From a virus, in the IMG/VR virus record IMGVR_UViG_3300025011_000019, positions 1 to 64,000 of that record: a DNA stretch of 64,000 nt. One strand, written 5' to 3'. The notes below the pieces were generated by a model. It made no database searches. It was not told where the DNA came from and saw only the letters and a list, made by a program, of their open reading frames with translations. Both the position numbers and the translations under genes were made by a program. Numbering within the stretch: position 1 is the stretch's first letter; every line of letters begins with the position of its first letter. Shown piece after piece: positions 9,849 through 20,430 of this stretch.

Positions 9849-10166
9849 TCATCAGTCTCATTGCAGTATGCCATTTTTCTCTATCACTAAAGTTTAAATG
9901 AACTGTGATTAACGCCATAAAGAACAAACAATGAGTGATGAGGGGAATTTTGTGCATCTATAAACCTCATACTCTTTATCAGAGCAATGCCTGTCTTTCA
10001 AGGTCTTACTAACTTATGCACATGATTTTAGGGAGGGTTTGTAATTGCACTAACATTGACCCAATTTTATCAAACCCTAAAACAAGTTTTTATTGTTGCT
10101 GTCTTGGCTTATGCAATTTCCAAAAATCATCACCACAACAATTTATAGAGGGAAGTTTACTGATGA
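9849..10166 (-). ncRNA. Candidate multi-stem ncRNA (~320 nt)
   Basis: Nested helices closed by 9849-56/10159-66; G-U pairs favour the minus strand. Confidence 0.5.
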
Positions 10167-10363
10167 TAACAATTTTTATGTTACTTTGTAATAATTATTA
10201 TAAAGAAATTAATATTACTATCTATTATAAGTTAATAATATTTGTTTAATCCAATTCATGTTCACAAATGTTTCCACGTTCATCTTCAGTAAACATATTA
10301 ACCATCTCCTTCAGTAAACATAACATATCACCTCATAAATTAGATTGTAAATTAATAATAAAA

Positions 10364-10600
10364 TTAATCTTCTTCATCTTCCGACTCTTCACTATCTTCA
10401 TCCATTACATCTTCAATTGCTTCTTCTGTAATAGATAATTTTACATAGCATCCTGAGAAATTTTTAATTACCTCATGAAGATTCTTAACACCTTCATCTG
10501 GGATATTAATTACAATTACTGAATCTACAATTGTTAATTCACCTTCAGTTGCTAATTTATGTGTAATTTTCTTTGTTTCAGTGAGTTTTGATTTTGCCAT
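10364..10600 (-). CDS. yonK: YonK-like protein
   Basis: NLHEVIKNFSGCYVKLSITEE resembles the SPbeta YonK C-terminus; lies just downstream of the HU gene as in SPbeta. Confidence 0.6.
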   Translation of the reverse strand: MAKSKLTETKKITHKLATEGELTIVDSVIVINIPDEGVKNLHEVIKNFSGCYVKLSITEEAIEDVMDEDSEESEDEED

Positions 10601-10762
10601 TGTTTTGTTATTCCACCTTTTTATATTTATTTTATATTATGAATATATCATTTGTATTAAAGAATTTGCCTTACGCTCAAATATTGCAACGTATCGCTTT
10701 GCCTTATATTTAAAGATATCTATTAAATATAAGGACTTACTGTGCGATACAAGATTATATAT

Positions 10763-11047
10763 TTATTGCTTAACTAAATCTGCAAACTCCTTACCAACTT
10801 TAAATCCAACCCTAAATGAATCTTCTGAAGTCCAAGTTTCACCTTTACGATCTCCAAATCGAATTATACCAGTTGTACCTTTAGTAGGTTTCTTCTCAAA
10901 GTTACCAAAATTAACGATTTTCACAGGTTCTCCAGTTGCTACAGTCTCTTTAATCACATCTAATACAACATTAATTGCTTTTTCGGCGTCCTTTTTTGAC
11001 ATTTCACCTTTTAAACTTACTGCTGTAATCATTTCGTTTTTCGTCAT
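10763..11047 (-). CDS. hup: HU family DNA-binding protein (YonN-like)
   Basis: MTKNEMITAVS...SKKDAEKAIN...VKIVNFGNF...FKVGKEFADLV. Confidence 0.92.
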   Translation of the reverse strand: MTKNEMITAVSLKGEMSKKDAEKAINVVLDVIKETVATGEPVKIVNFGNFEKKPTKGTTGIIRFGDRKGETWTSEDSFRVGFKVGKEFADLVKQ

Positions 11048-11337
11048 GTTTTAATATATCCCCTTTTATTCTTAATTTTTATTTTTTGTTATTAATTGTT
11101 ATGATGTTTTGGTATTTTAATCTAAAACCTTGTGAGTTTTAGATTATGTAGTTAATATTGGTGCATTGTGCTTTTTTATTAAGCACAAAGACCTATCTTC
11201 AATGATTTTACTTTTCTACCTAACAAAAATCCATTAATATAATGACTACCCTCCTTGAATTAATTTAAAGAGGTAACAGATATACACTCTGTCCCTTGAC
11301 TCCGTACAGAAAGACAGTCTGAGGGAGTAAAATTGTA

Positions 11338-12579
11338 TTATTTCTTCTCAAATAAATCTGAGAATATACCAGAAGCAACGCTTCTTACATCTTCTTCTAA
11401 ATAAATGCACCCAAATTCTTTAGTTCCTTTTAATTCATTACACATTTGTACTAAAGCATTTCTTTCTGAAGAATCTACACTAGATTGTTTATAATCTCCT
11501 GCTAAATAAATTTTAGATTTATCCCCTAGTCTTGTACCGACAAGTTTTAATTGCTTGGGCGAAAGATCCTCAGATTCATCGACAACAATTACTGTCTCAT
11601 CGTATGTTGTTCCTTTAAGGTAAAATGGAATATTAGATTCCAACACTCCACGGGATAAAAGGATTTGTAATTCTCTTTCTCCACCTTCTAATGAATGAAC
11701 AATTGGTTTAAAGAACATTTCTGTTTTTTCTTCAAATGTGCCTTTAAGATATCCAACTTCTTTTCCTTCGCCTATTGCTTCTCTAATTGCTAAAAGTTTA
11801 TTAAAATCACCTTTATCTACTGTTTGATGCAATCCCATTCTTACACACAAATAAGTCTTTCCACTCCCGACTTTTCCGTTGACACAAACTATTGGTATCT
11901 CTTTGTTATTCAACAAATCTAAAGCACATCTCTGTAAACTATTCTTACCTTTAATAACTTTTGAATCAGGTAGTTTCAATCCGACAAACTTTTTACCATT
12001 AAATCTATATTCATTTTCTTTCTTTTCATCTGAATTATAAAATATTAGATACTCATTTACTACAAATTGATACTTATTGATGCCATTATCAATGTCTGTA
12101 AAAAAGTTATTTATGAAGTTTGTATCTCCTGATAATTTTTGATATCCTTTATAAATATCATTAGATGTTTCACCACCATATTGTTTACAAGGAATATTAA
12201 GAGAATCACATTTAACTCTAAATAACATATCATTACTATAAGCGATTGTATTATTATCTTTTTCGTACAAAACCTTCAGAAGTGAGATTATTTTATTATC
12301 CATAATCCCTTTATCAAAGCATGAAGGAAGATTATTATAATCTGTTTCATCGATGATATATGTAATTTTGTCTCGATTAGCGTTTATATATCTAGTCGCT
12401 CTACGGGCCTGAAATTTTACCTCTTCTGTTTTACCATTTTTCTTTAAATTATCTAATTCACCAAGAACAAATCCTGATAATTGTATCCCCGAATCTGAAA
12501 AATCTTCAAAAACTTTTTTAGGGTGATCCATTAATACATTTGAATCAATGTAAGGTGATTGACATGGTTTATCGGGCAA
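11338..12579 (-). CDS. phoH: PIN-PhoH (PhoH2/YlaK-type) protein
   Basis: IDSNVLM...ELDNLK PIN domain; GKVGSGKT Walker A, GYLKG, VVDESED, AGDYKQ. Confidence 0.9.
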   Translation of the reverse strand: MPDKPCQSPYIDSNVLMDHPKKVFEDFSDSGIQLSGFVLGELDNLKKNGKTEEVKFQARRATRYINANRDKITYIIDETDYNNLPSCFDKGIMDNKIISLLKVLYEKDNNTIAYSNDMLFRVKCDSLNIPCKQYGGETSNDIYKGYQKLSGDTNFINNFFTDIDNGINKYQFVVNEYLIFYNSDEKKENEYRFNGKKFVGLKLPDSKVIKGKNSLQRCALDLLNNKEIPIVCVNGKVGSGKTYLCVRMGLHQTVDKGDFNKLLAIREAIGEGKEVGYLKGTFEEKTEMFFKPIVHSLEGGERELQILLSRGVLESNIPFYLKGTTYDETVIVVDESEDLSPKQLKLVGTRLGDKSKIYLAGDYKQSSVDSSERNALVQMCNELKGTKEFGCIYLEEDVRSVASGIFSDLFEKK

Positions 12580-12618
12580 TATAAACCAATCCTCTACTAT
12601 TTATTTTACTACTTAGTA

Positions 12619-12894
12619 TCATAAGACACGTTTGCTATTGTTACTATTATCCATACCACTACTAAACAAATACCTTTGATTATCTTTTATATCATCAATA
12701 GTCTGTTTATTTTTATCGTTTTGTTTCAATCTGAGTAGATAATTATAGTATGGGTCTGTAATGTAACGTTGTTTACGAGATTTGCTACTGAATTTTCCTA
12801 TTACTACTAGATTATCTCCATAGTTGCCGTGATGTTGTTTGAGAATTTTTAGATTGATTAAGTATGACATTTCTTGTTTTGTAATTTTTTTCAA
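12619..12894 (-). CDS. Small basic hypothetical protein
   Basis: AAGGAG SD with TTG start; MKKITKQEMSYL. Confidence 0.65.
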   Translation of the reverse strand: MKKITKQEMSYLINLKILKQHHGNYGDNLVVIGKFSSKSRKQRYITDPYYNYLLRLKQNDKNKQTIDDIKDNQRYLFSSGMDNSNNSKRVL

Positions 12895-13019
12895 TGTATG
12901 TTATTGATGCTCCTTTTGGGATTGTTTTTGGAGTTTAATTGTTTTGTTATGTTTTTAATTATAAGATATTTTTTATATAAATCGCAATCGACCAATACGA
13001 TTTAATAACTAATTTAGTA

Positions 13020-13440
13020 GGGAAGAGTAAGTAATAAATTTAAAACCTACTCTTTTACCCTCTATTTAGTTCGATATGCTGTGGTCTAACACAAGTCCTC
13101 ACCTCTGTAAATCGGGTTTGGCAAATTTTCATGTGCTAACAGCATATTTGTCTCCTATTTTCATCCGACCAAAGACTACTCATATTCGACGTTGATTTAG
13201 TTGAGATTTTGTATTATCTAAAACCCTTTAGTGCATATTTCAGCGTTACTTCGATAATACATGCCAAATTATCTTCAAGTCCTATTGGCAAAACTCGATA
13301 GATAATTTTAAGCAAAGTTTTCTACTAACATAGCCAATTGTGTATGATTTAGTTAGTAAGGAAAGATTAATGGTCTTAAATTTTGTATGAACGTAAGGGT
13401 ATAATTAATTTAAAATCATACCCTTCTTTAAAGGGTGTTT
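13020..13440 (-). ncRNA. Candidate structured RNA or long leader with kissing loop
   Basis: Multiple 7-9 bp helices and complementary loops in an ORF-free 700-bp gap after the RNAP gene. Confidence 0.45.
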
Positions 13441-13589
13441 GCATATCTCTTATTTTTGTATATTAGTCTATGTTTCCCTTAGAGACTATTATGGCAAAAC
13501 GCTGAAAGTGTTGGTATGACTACGTTTGAGTAAATCAAGTAATATAGCTGTTTTTCAAACCCTTGTGGGAGTAGGGTTGTAGAGGTTTT

Positions 13590-14525
13590 CTATTTTCGAC
13601 TATTTCTATTTTTTTGCATCCTCTCCCTATCCTTCTTCATTTTTATGTCTTTTGCACACTTTTCACAATACTTAGATTTATTGTTTTCTTGTACTATTAA
13701 ATCACCACAAACTTCACAATATATTTTACTAGTTTCCACATTTGTTTTCAGATTATCAACAATAATATCCCCAAAGCACTCCCATAAAGTAGTTTTAAAG
13801 TTTGACTTCTTAAATTCATACAGATATTTTACTAACACATCTGTTACATAATAAACATCACTATTTATTTCTAGTATGCTTTTTACAATTTCTTGATATA
13901 AATAAATCACATTGTTTTGTTCATCTTCCTCATATGTAGAATTTATCATAAAATGCTTTTTTAAATCTAACTCCTTATATTTTTTTATAATATCTTCGTT
14001 TAACTCCACTTTTTTATTTCTCATAAGCATTTTATAATCAAAATTTCCTAATCCTGTAGCAGTAAAACTAATTTTAGTATTTGGAATTATCTTCTCTAAT
14101 CTATTTACAACGCTATTGTTAACTAATTCAACCTTATCTTTCTCTTTATCTTTAGCATAAATAAAAAAATGAGGGGTCTTTAATTTAGTATAATCAGTAA
14201 TCATATTCTTTTTAGACTTTGGTCTTACTGGTTTATACAAAGTTTTAGCATAATCAATTGTAAAATTGTTTTCCATACATAGTAATTTAATTACATCTAA
14301 ATTTACTTTACCACTATTCCATATCTTTGTAATATTATTACTACCCATTCCAATGTTTCCACCAGTATATGCCATTTTTAAACCATTATAAATACTTTTT
14401 TTAGTAATTAATTCTGCTGGTGCTTTTCTCATATTATAATAAAGTGGAACTATATCTTTCATATTACGTTCTGCAATTGAAATTAATGTAGGACAAGCAA
14501 CAACTAAAGATTTATCTCCATCTAC
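13590..14525 (-). CDS. yonO: YonO-type single-subunit RNA polymerase, exon 2
   Basis: Begins GTA GAT GGA GAT (VDGD) immediately after the intron's terminal G; IGMGSNNITKIWN, NNFTIDYAKT; C-terminal CxxC...CxxC. Confidence 0.9.
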   Translation of the reverse strand, partial: VDGDKSLVVACPTLISIAERNMKDIVPLYYNMRKAPAELITKKSIYNGLKMAYTGGNIGMGSNNITKIWNSGKVNLDVIKLLCMENNFTIDYAKTLYKPVRPKSKKNMITDYTKLKTPHFFIYAKDKEKDKVELVNNSVVNRLEKIIPNTKISFTATGLGNFDYKMLMRNKKVELNEDIIKKYKELDLKKHFMINSTYEEDEQNNVIYLYQEIVKSILEINSDVYYVTDVLVKYLYEFKKSNFKTTLWECFGDIIVDNLKTNVETSKIYCEVCGDLIVQENNKSKYCEKCAKDIKMKKDRERMQKNRNSRK

Positions 14526-15605
14526 CGCGTAATCCATACTTTTATATGGCACAGACTATATCTTCATAATAATACATTACAGTATTATTATGCTTGGCGT
14601 TTCGAGTTATGATTTTCACATAATCTCTACTCTACTCGGTTATTCGGAAATATTTTTCAATTTCCTATCCTTTCGATAGTCGTTAGAGGTTATCGGTCTA
14701 TTCTTTTAATATTATTTTATAATTTAATAAACTTAAAATTCTTATATGGAACATCGTTTTTAATACTTCTTCTAATACCAAGTCTTACAATTTCCGCATT
14801 ACTTGAAAATCCATAATTATTATGTAGGTATTCACAACATAAACCTATATAATCAAATTCTTTTAAAAAATTCATATTCTGATCATATAATTGTATTTTT
14901 GTTGACATTCCATTTTTAATGCCTTTTCTTGATTGTTTCTCTAAAGCTAAATCTGGGTTTTCCTTATATTTTATTTTTAATGTATCATTATTATAATTAG
15001 GATTGGAAGAACCCATTTTTACTTCACTCATTTTAATTAACCAATCTTCATAATTATCTCCCATCCTTTCTTTTGGGGATACTCCAAATTGACTATTTAG
15101 TTCTCCTTTATGGGTTTCTGATATTTTTATTTTTGTTTCTTGTGAGTGTATGTATCCACTAATACCTTCACCACCATTCGTATAATTGCAATTACATTGA
15201 TTATTACTTTTATATTTTTCAATTGTATCTTTTTCTAATTTAAAAGATTCCTCTTCTTTTAAATTAGAATGGGTTATTCTAACATCGCAATTATATTTAT
15301 TTTTATAATTCAGAAAGTGTTTACTTCTGACTGACTTTGTAGACAATTTATATCTTTTTCCACATCCCTTACCAACATAAAACACATATCCCGTATCAAC
15401 ATTATACCACTCATAAATGTAAAAATTATTTATAGCCTTTCAAACCCCCTCTAAAGGTTTAAAAGAATAGACCGATTTTCCTACGGGATTGTCGGTGACA
15501 TTACTCACTACGATTTCCCCGTTAGCCATATAACTATTTTTTCCGATGTTATATGACACCCTATTTTTATAGGTTAGCCAAGTTTTGATTCGACATGTAA
15601 TGTCT
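14526..15605 (-). mobile_element. Group I intron (1080 nt) in the RNAP catalytic motif
   Basis: P1 UUCGAU/GUCGAA with U.G at the 5' splice site; P3 CUUGGC/GCCAAG; ACGGGGAA and AAUCCCGUAGGAA (P/Q-like); CUAACGACUA (R); AAGAUAUAGUCU (S); terminal G; splicing restores QFDVDGD. Confidence 0.93.
14717..15433 (-). CDS. Intron-encoded GIY-YIG homing endonuclease with NUMOD-like repeats
   Basis: In-frame upstream extension gives FYIYEWY...VFYVGKG..R; NYTNGGEG, HSQETKIKISE; enclosed by an 18-bp stem (14692-14709 with 15459-15476); start codon uncertain (ATA at 15433 proposed). Confidence 0.85.
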   Translation of the reverse strand: MNNFYIYEWYNVDTGYVFYVGKGCGKRYKLSTKSVRSKHFLNYKNKYNCDVRITHSNLKEEESFKLEKDTIEKYKSNNQCNCNYTNGGEGISGYIHSQETKIKISETHKGELNSQFGVSPKERMGDNYEDWLIKMSEVKMGSSNPNYNNDTLKIKYKENPDLALEKQSRKGIKNGMSTKIQLYDQNMNFLKEFDYIGLCCEYLHNNYGFSSNAEIVRLGIRRSIKNDVPYKNFKFIKL

Positions 15606-17288
15606 ATCGAATTGTAAAATTTTGGATATTAGATCATGACAAGATGTGTATACTCCATTAGTTATAAACCAGTCTTTCTTTTTATCATCAATTACATTGT
15701 TTCTAATTGCATGTTCTCTATACAAATGTGGGCTTCGCAAGCAATCTAACTTAGGATAAGTTTCATATAATTTACAATACACGTCTCCATCATTAAGTAA
15801 TCCTTTTGGATTTTTATCTCCAAGAATTAAAAATTCACAAAAGGCATAAATATCTGGAATAATGAATGTATATACTCCATTTATATCTAATTTTGCAGAC
15901 CTACCTTCTTTAACCATGCTTTTTTTAACTTGTTTTAATATTTCTTTACTGTATGTATCATTCAACAATTCAGGATAAATCTCTAATGCTTGCTGAATAT
16001 TGTTTTTATTTTTATTTGATTTTTTTACCCCCAATACCTTTAACATTGTCTTTCTATCTCTACCGATGTTCAGTATATTATGTTTAGTAGTTTTCGCAAT
16101 TATTTCTAATTCTTTATTATCCATATCTGTTAATGTCTGAAGCATCTGATAATTTATTTTTGCGTCACTAAAATCAATTTCTTCTTCATTACATTTCCCA
16201 GCTTGGCACTTATATTTTAAATAATTGTCTTTATAAACATCCCATCCATACTTAGTAATTACTTCTTGCTCATTATGGCTATTTTGATAATATTTATACA
16301 TTTTGAATTGACTACGTGTAAAAATTACCTCTATTCCTTCTTTTATAATATCGTGTTCTTTTCCATAAATATCGAATATATTGCCATATATTTTACCTTC
16401 CTCATTTTTATTTGCTTCAATAATGAATTTATCAAATGCAAATGGGACTAGCAATCCCTTTATCCACGGTAATCTAACCATCATGCTTTTATCACTTAAA
16501 CTTGGTAACATCATTCCACATCCATCTGTATGAGAAACTGGGATTTTCATTTTTTGTCTAATAATTTCATATGTTATATCATTTATAAAATCGACAACAC
16601 CTTCTACTTCTGTTTCCATATCTTCCACAACAATTGATTTTGTAATATCAAATTCTTTCCATACATCTGTCGCTGAATTTGCTAAGGCTAAGTAAGCTAA
16701 GTATTTATTAATATTTACTCCACCTAATACATTAATATCTTCAATTGTTAATCCGCACATTAATGTATTCCTATATTCTAATAAAATACTTTCCTTAATA
16801 AAAACTGTCTTTTTTGTTCTTATTTGTCCTGCACTGGCAGTTAAACATACATATTTTTCATTTCCGAACATAAAATCATCAAGTATTATGTCTTCAATTA
16901 CATCAAAGAAATATGTTTGAACAATAATAATATCAGCAGTTAATGTATTTTCTGGAATCTGTATTGTTCTTGTAAGAACTGAATCAAAAACAGAAATTAC
17001 ATTGTATTTATTTAACGCATCTCTACGTAAATTTCTAATACCACTATTTAATTTGAATTCATCATATAAAGAATTTTTATATTTTTTTAATCTCATATTG
17101 GTATTCTGTATAAACTTCTCCAGAATACCAATATATTTTGAATCAGATTTTAATTTACTTATCTTTTTTATTAATTTGTTTCTAAGATAATAGTTTTTAT
17201 TCAAACGTTTATGTATAATCATTTCTTTATCATTATAAAAACTACTGGTATCAACACTATAGATATGAATTTGTTTATTTAGACTAAT
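15606..17288 (-). CDS. yonO: YonO-type single-subunit RNA polymerase, exon 1 (ATT start inferred)
   Basis: TASAGQIRTKK, HTDGCGM, RLPWIKGLL, NYQMLQTL, CLRSPHLYREH, ISKILQFD; AAGGAGGAG SD 6 nt before ATT. Confidence 0.9.
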
Positions 17289-17303
17289 ATTGATCTCCTC
17301 CTT

Positions 17304-17948
17304 TTAATCTTCAAAGAACCATGCATCTGCGGGATCGTTTGGATCTAAACTTGCTATAAACTCTCTATTTTCATCATAAGATGATTTGGTTTGTCCATCA
17401 TGATTTTTTGATTTCCACATAGGACATTCATCGTTATAACAATACTTTTCTTCACAAGTATCATCAAAGTCCTCTTCTCCATTGCACATATCTAGAGCAT
17501 CATTGCATTCTTCATGTGCATTTTCTGGATAATATTCACGATATTCTCTACATTCAGGACACATTTGTTCTCCACATTCTTCACATATTTTTATATCAGA
17601 ATAAATTGATTCTTTTTCACAATGCTCACAATCATATAAACCATTTCTGGGGAAACTAATTGAACTACACCATATAGCATGTTTTAAATATTTTAATACT
17701 TCTAAAAATTCTTTGGTATATTTATTGTCCTTATACAATTGTATTTCACTATATTTATCTTCAATTACTTTTTGAAATAAAGATCCCCATTCATTATTGA
17801 TTGTATCTCTAAATTCATAAAATAAATACTCATTATTATTCAATCCATTAATATGTTTATTTGTCTTTCTTTGATCGGTGTATAAATAAGATTCTAGCCC
17901 CTCTATTCCATTTTCAACAACCAAATATGCAACTCTATTCTTTTTCAT
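17304..17948 (-). CDS. Cys-rich hypothetical protein
   Basis: Multiple CxxC motifs; start refined to MKKNRV after GGAGG. Confidence 0.65.
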   Translation of the reverse strand: MKKNRVAYLVVENGIEGLESYLYTDQRKTNKHINGLNNNEYLFYEFRDTINNEWGSLFQKVIEDKYSEIQLYKDNKYTKEFLEVLKYLKHAIWCSSISFPRNGLYDCEHCEKESIYSDIKICEECGEQMCPECREYREYYPENAHEECNDALDMCNGEEDFDDTCEEKYCYNDECPMWKSKNHDGQTKSSYDENREFIASLDPNDPADAWFFED

Positions 17949-18037
17949 ATAATTATTCCTCCGTCTTTCATTTATTAATATAGGTATAAGGAGAGCAAAA
18001 TACTCTCCTACCCATCCAAAATTCACACAAATCCCAT

Positions 18038-18463
18038 CTAATCCAACTGTCTCAATTTATATCCACCATAACTCTTTCCATCTCTCAAACACATTAATGC
18101 ATCCATCATTCCTTCAAATATATCTCTAATTCTAAGCAAACTACCTTTCTCTACAGCAAATATTTCATATTCAATGCCATTAAACAACTTATCATACATT
18201 TTTAACAAATCATCTTCTTTCATCTGCCAAGCAGTAACACCATTTGATTTATAATTATGAGGATTAACCATTATACAATCATAAATATTATCTAATTTTT
18301 CAATATAAACAGTAACTCCATCTTCTTTAAATTGAATTGTCAACATATCATTGTTATTCAAGTGTTTTACTATATCTGAGTAATTATTTTCAACAAAATT
18401 AAGATTCAATCTTGGTCTTTTGATATTCATATTGTTTTTGTTATTTTTACTCTTATTTTTCAT
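18038..18463 (-). CDS. Hypothetical protein
   Basis: AAGGAG SD then MKNKSK. Confidence 0.65.
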   Translation of the reverse strand: MKNKSKNNKNNMNIKRPRLNLNFVENNYSDIVKHLNNNDMLTIQFKEDGVTVYIEKLDNIYDCIMVNPHNYKSNGVTAWQMKEDDLLKMYDKLFNGIEYEIFAVEKGSLLRIRDIFEGMMDALMCLRDGKSYGGYKLRQLD

Positions 18464-18543
18464 ATTATTTCTCCTTCTTGCTATTGATTGCAACCCATAA
18501 TATTATTCTAATCTATCCCTTAAAACTCACCTTCTATGGGATA

Positions 18544-18747
18544 TTATTTATCCATTCTAACTGTTCCACATTCAGGATATAAATCAACTGTCAATGGTCT
18601 TCTATTCTCTACATATTCATAATTATTATTAAACGGCATATTTCTTTTAGGATTAGATATTGTAAAATCATATATTTTTGTAGTATTTGTGTCTCTTATA
18701 CGTATTTCAGTAAACTCACCAGAATAATTACAAACTTTGCAAATCAT
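18544..18747 (-). CDS. Small zinc-ribbon-like protein
   Basis: CKVC ... PECGTVR; overlaps the upstream gene. Confidence 0.55.
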   Translation of the reverse strand: MICKVCNYSGEFTEIRIRDTNTTKIYDFTISNPKRNMPFNNNYEYVENRRPLTVDLYPECGTVRMDK

Positions 18748-19003
18748 TATATTCCCTCATTTCACTCTTATTATGCCATAAAAATCTCTTTACCTCACCT
18801 TCAAACCAAATCTGATTTATAAATGGTTCATCTGAATATTTAGCACAAAAATGATAATAATGATTATCTCTTTTATCAAACCAATAAAAATGAGGCCATT
18901 TACATTCAAATATTTCTAACCATGAACCACGTTTTATAATTTTTATATTTGTAGGATTTAATATGTATTGTTTTATTGAATGTAATAGACAATTGCTATA
19001 CAT
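18728..19003 (-). CDS. Hypothetical protein
   Basis: SNCL...WPHFYW; coupled to neighbouring genes. Confidence 0.65.
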   Translation of the reverse strand: MYSNCLLHSIKQYILNPTNIKIIKRGSWLEIFECKWPHFYWFDKRDNHYYHFCAKYSDEPFINQIWFEGEVKRFLWHNKSEMREYNDLQSL

Positions 19004-19511
19004 TATTGTTTAACTTCTCCTTTCTAAATTCCATTCGTAACTTACACATTTCTCTATTATAACTATTTTTAATTCTTAACTCTTTCATAAAATCAATCAA
19101 ATAATCCTTAACTATTTTGAAATTACACATAGAAGTAAAATTTAAAATCTTAATACTTGATTTTCCAACTCTATCAAAACTATCTTCTTTATACCAATCA
19201 ACTAACACAGGATACTCGTCCTCAGATGGAACTAATGTATCTTTATTAATATTTTTTAATAAAAATTCTTCTAATTCAGATATATCTTTTATTAATAAAC
19301 CACCTTCCTCATCATCTCCTTCATAATCATAATTTTCATATTTGACATCTAATTCTTCACAAATGTCCCATATATTTTCAAACATAGGAACATCATTTCC
19401 TACATAATCTTCTGCACCATGTTTAAGAAAGAATTTTAATAGTCTAATAAACTCTGAATGATTATTGATTATACATTTATGACCACTATATTTATAATCT
19501 TTTAATGCCAT
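18996..19511 (-). CDS. Hypothetical protein
   Basis: 171-aa ORF with AAGGAG SD. Confidence 0.7.
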   Translation of the reverse strand: MALKDYKYSGHKCIINNHSEFIRLLKFFLKHGAEDYVGNDVPMFENIWDICEELDVKYENYDYEGDDEEGGLLIKDISELEEFLLKNINKDTLVPSEDEYPVLVDWYKEDSFDRVGKSSIKILNFTSMCNFKIVKDYLIDFMKELRIKNSYNREMCKLRMEFRKEKLNNNV

Positions 19512-19545
19512 TAATTTATATCTCCTTTATTAATATTACTTTATT

Positions 19546-19755
19546 TTAATAATCCATTTCTGCACAAGGAACTGAATTTAAACCATATTTATTATCACAC
19601 GTTTTACATATGTAATTACCTGAATCTAAATCATAATAGATATATTTTATATTTGTCATACGTTTTCCACAGTGAACACATCGTTCATCAACTCTATCTA
19701 ATTCTACATCGCTATAATTACTATCCCCTCCTTTACATTGCTTTAACTTTGTCAT
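19546..19755 (-). CDS. Small zinc-finger protein
   Basis: CVHC...CKTC; GGAGG SD; start approximate. Confidence 0.55.
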   Translation of the reverse strand: MTKLKQCKGGDSNYSDVELDRVDERCVHCGKRMTNIKYIYYDLDSGNYICKTCDNKYGLNSVPCAEMDY

Positions 19756-20176
19756 TATGCATATCCTCCGATGTCCCAGTAGAATTATTATAATCCTCAG
19801 TAATAAACTTACCAATAGAATCTGTTAAATCAATCAACGTCAGTTCAACATTAGTATCTAACAATTCAAATAATATTTTTTCTAATGAAAAATTTCCAAC
19901 AAAATAAGATTCAACTTTTGTGTTATAATTCTCTCTACCAATGATTAATTTCCCAAAACCTTTGTGCTCTATGCCTGTAATATATTCTACTAGCTTTACT
20001 TCAATTAATTTATCAACTGTATTTTTAGAAGAAAAAATTGTATCTAGAATTTGAGTTACTGATTTGGTTGAGTTGTCGATTATTGATGTGATTATGTAGT
20101 TTGGTTTATTTAGTTTGTTGGATATGGAGGGGATTTCTGATAGGGATATTGTTCCTGAGAGTGTTAGTTTTTGCAT
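19733..20176 (-). CDS. Hypothetical protein
   Basis: Start refined to MQKLTL. Confidence 0.6.
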   Translation of the reverse strand: MQKLTLSGTISLSEIPSISNKLNKPNYIITSIIDNSTKSVTQILDTIFSSKNTVDKLIEVKLVEYITGIEHKGFGKLIIGRENYNTKVESYFVGNFSLEKILFELLDTNVELTLIDLTDSIGKFITEDYNNSTGTSEDMHNDKVKAM

Positions 20177-20430
20177 TATATTTTGCCTTCTTTCTATTAT
20201 TAATATTATTTTGTATTTTAGATTTGTAACCAAGGGTTGATATGCCGATTATAGACTTTTTATAATAATTAAAATAAACCTCTGTAACCATTGTGAGAGT
20301 AGTATTACATGTTATTTATAATCATTACATATTTCATAAAAATTTAGCTAGAATCAATTGTAATAATTTGTTGGTAAGATTGTGTCAAATAGTAAATCTA
20401 CACCTTAAATGGACTATAAATTTCAATTAT

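Noticed and set aside
9739-10249. ORFs 9739..9957(-) and 10016..10249(+)
   Set aside because: No convincing SD, atypical composition, and they overlap the structured RNA candidate
10246-10326. 26-aa ORF with a 13-bp direct repeat (ATGTTTACTGAAG)
   Set aside because: Probably a remnant; no evidence of function
14526-14552. ORF-track start MPYKSMDYA for 13590..14552
   Set aside because: These codons are intron sequence; the exon begins at 14525
15567-15605. Apparent C-terminus RHYMSNQNLANL of the 551-aa ORF, or yonO as a pseudogene
   Set aside because: Read-through into intron P1/P3; splicing restores the gene
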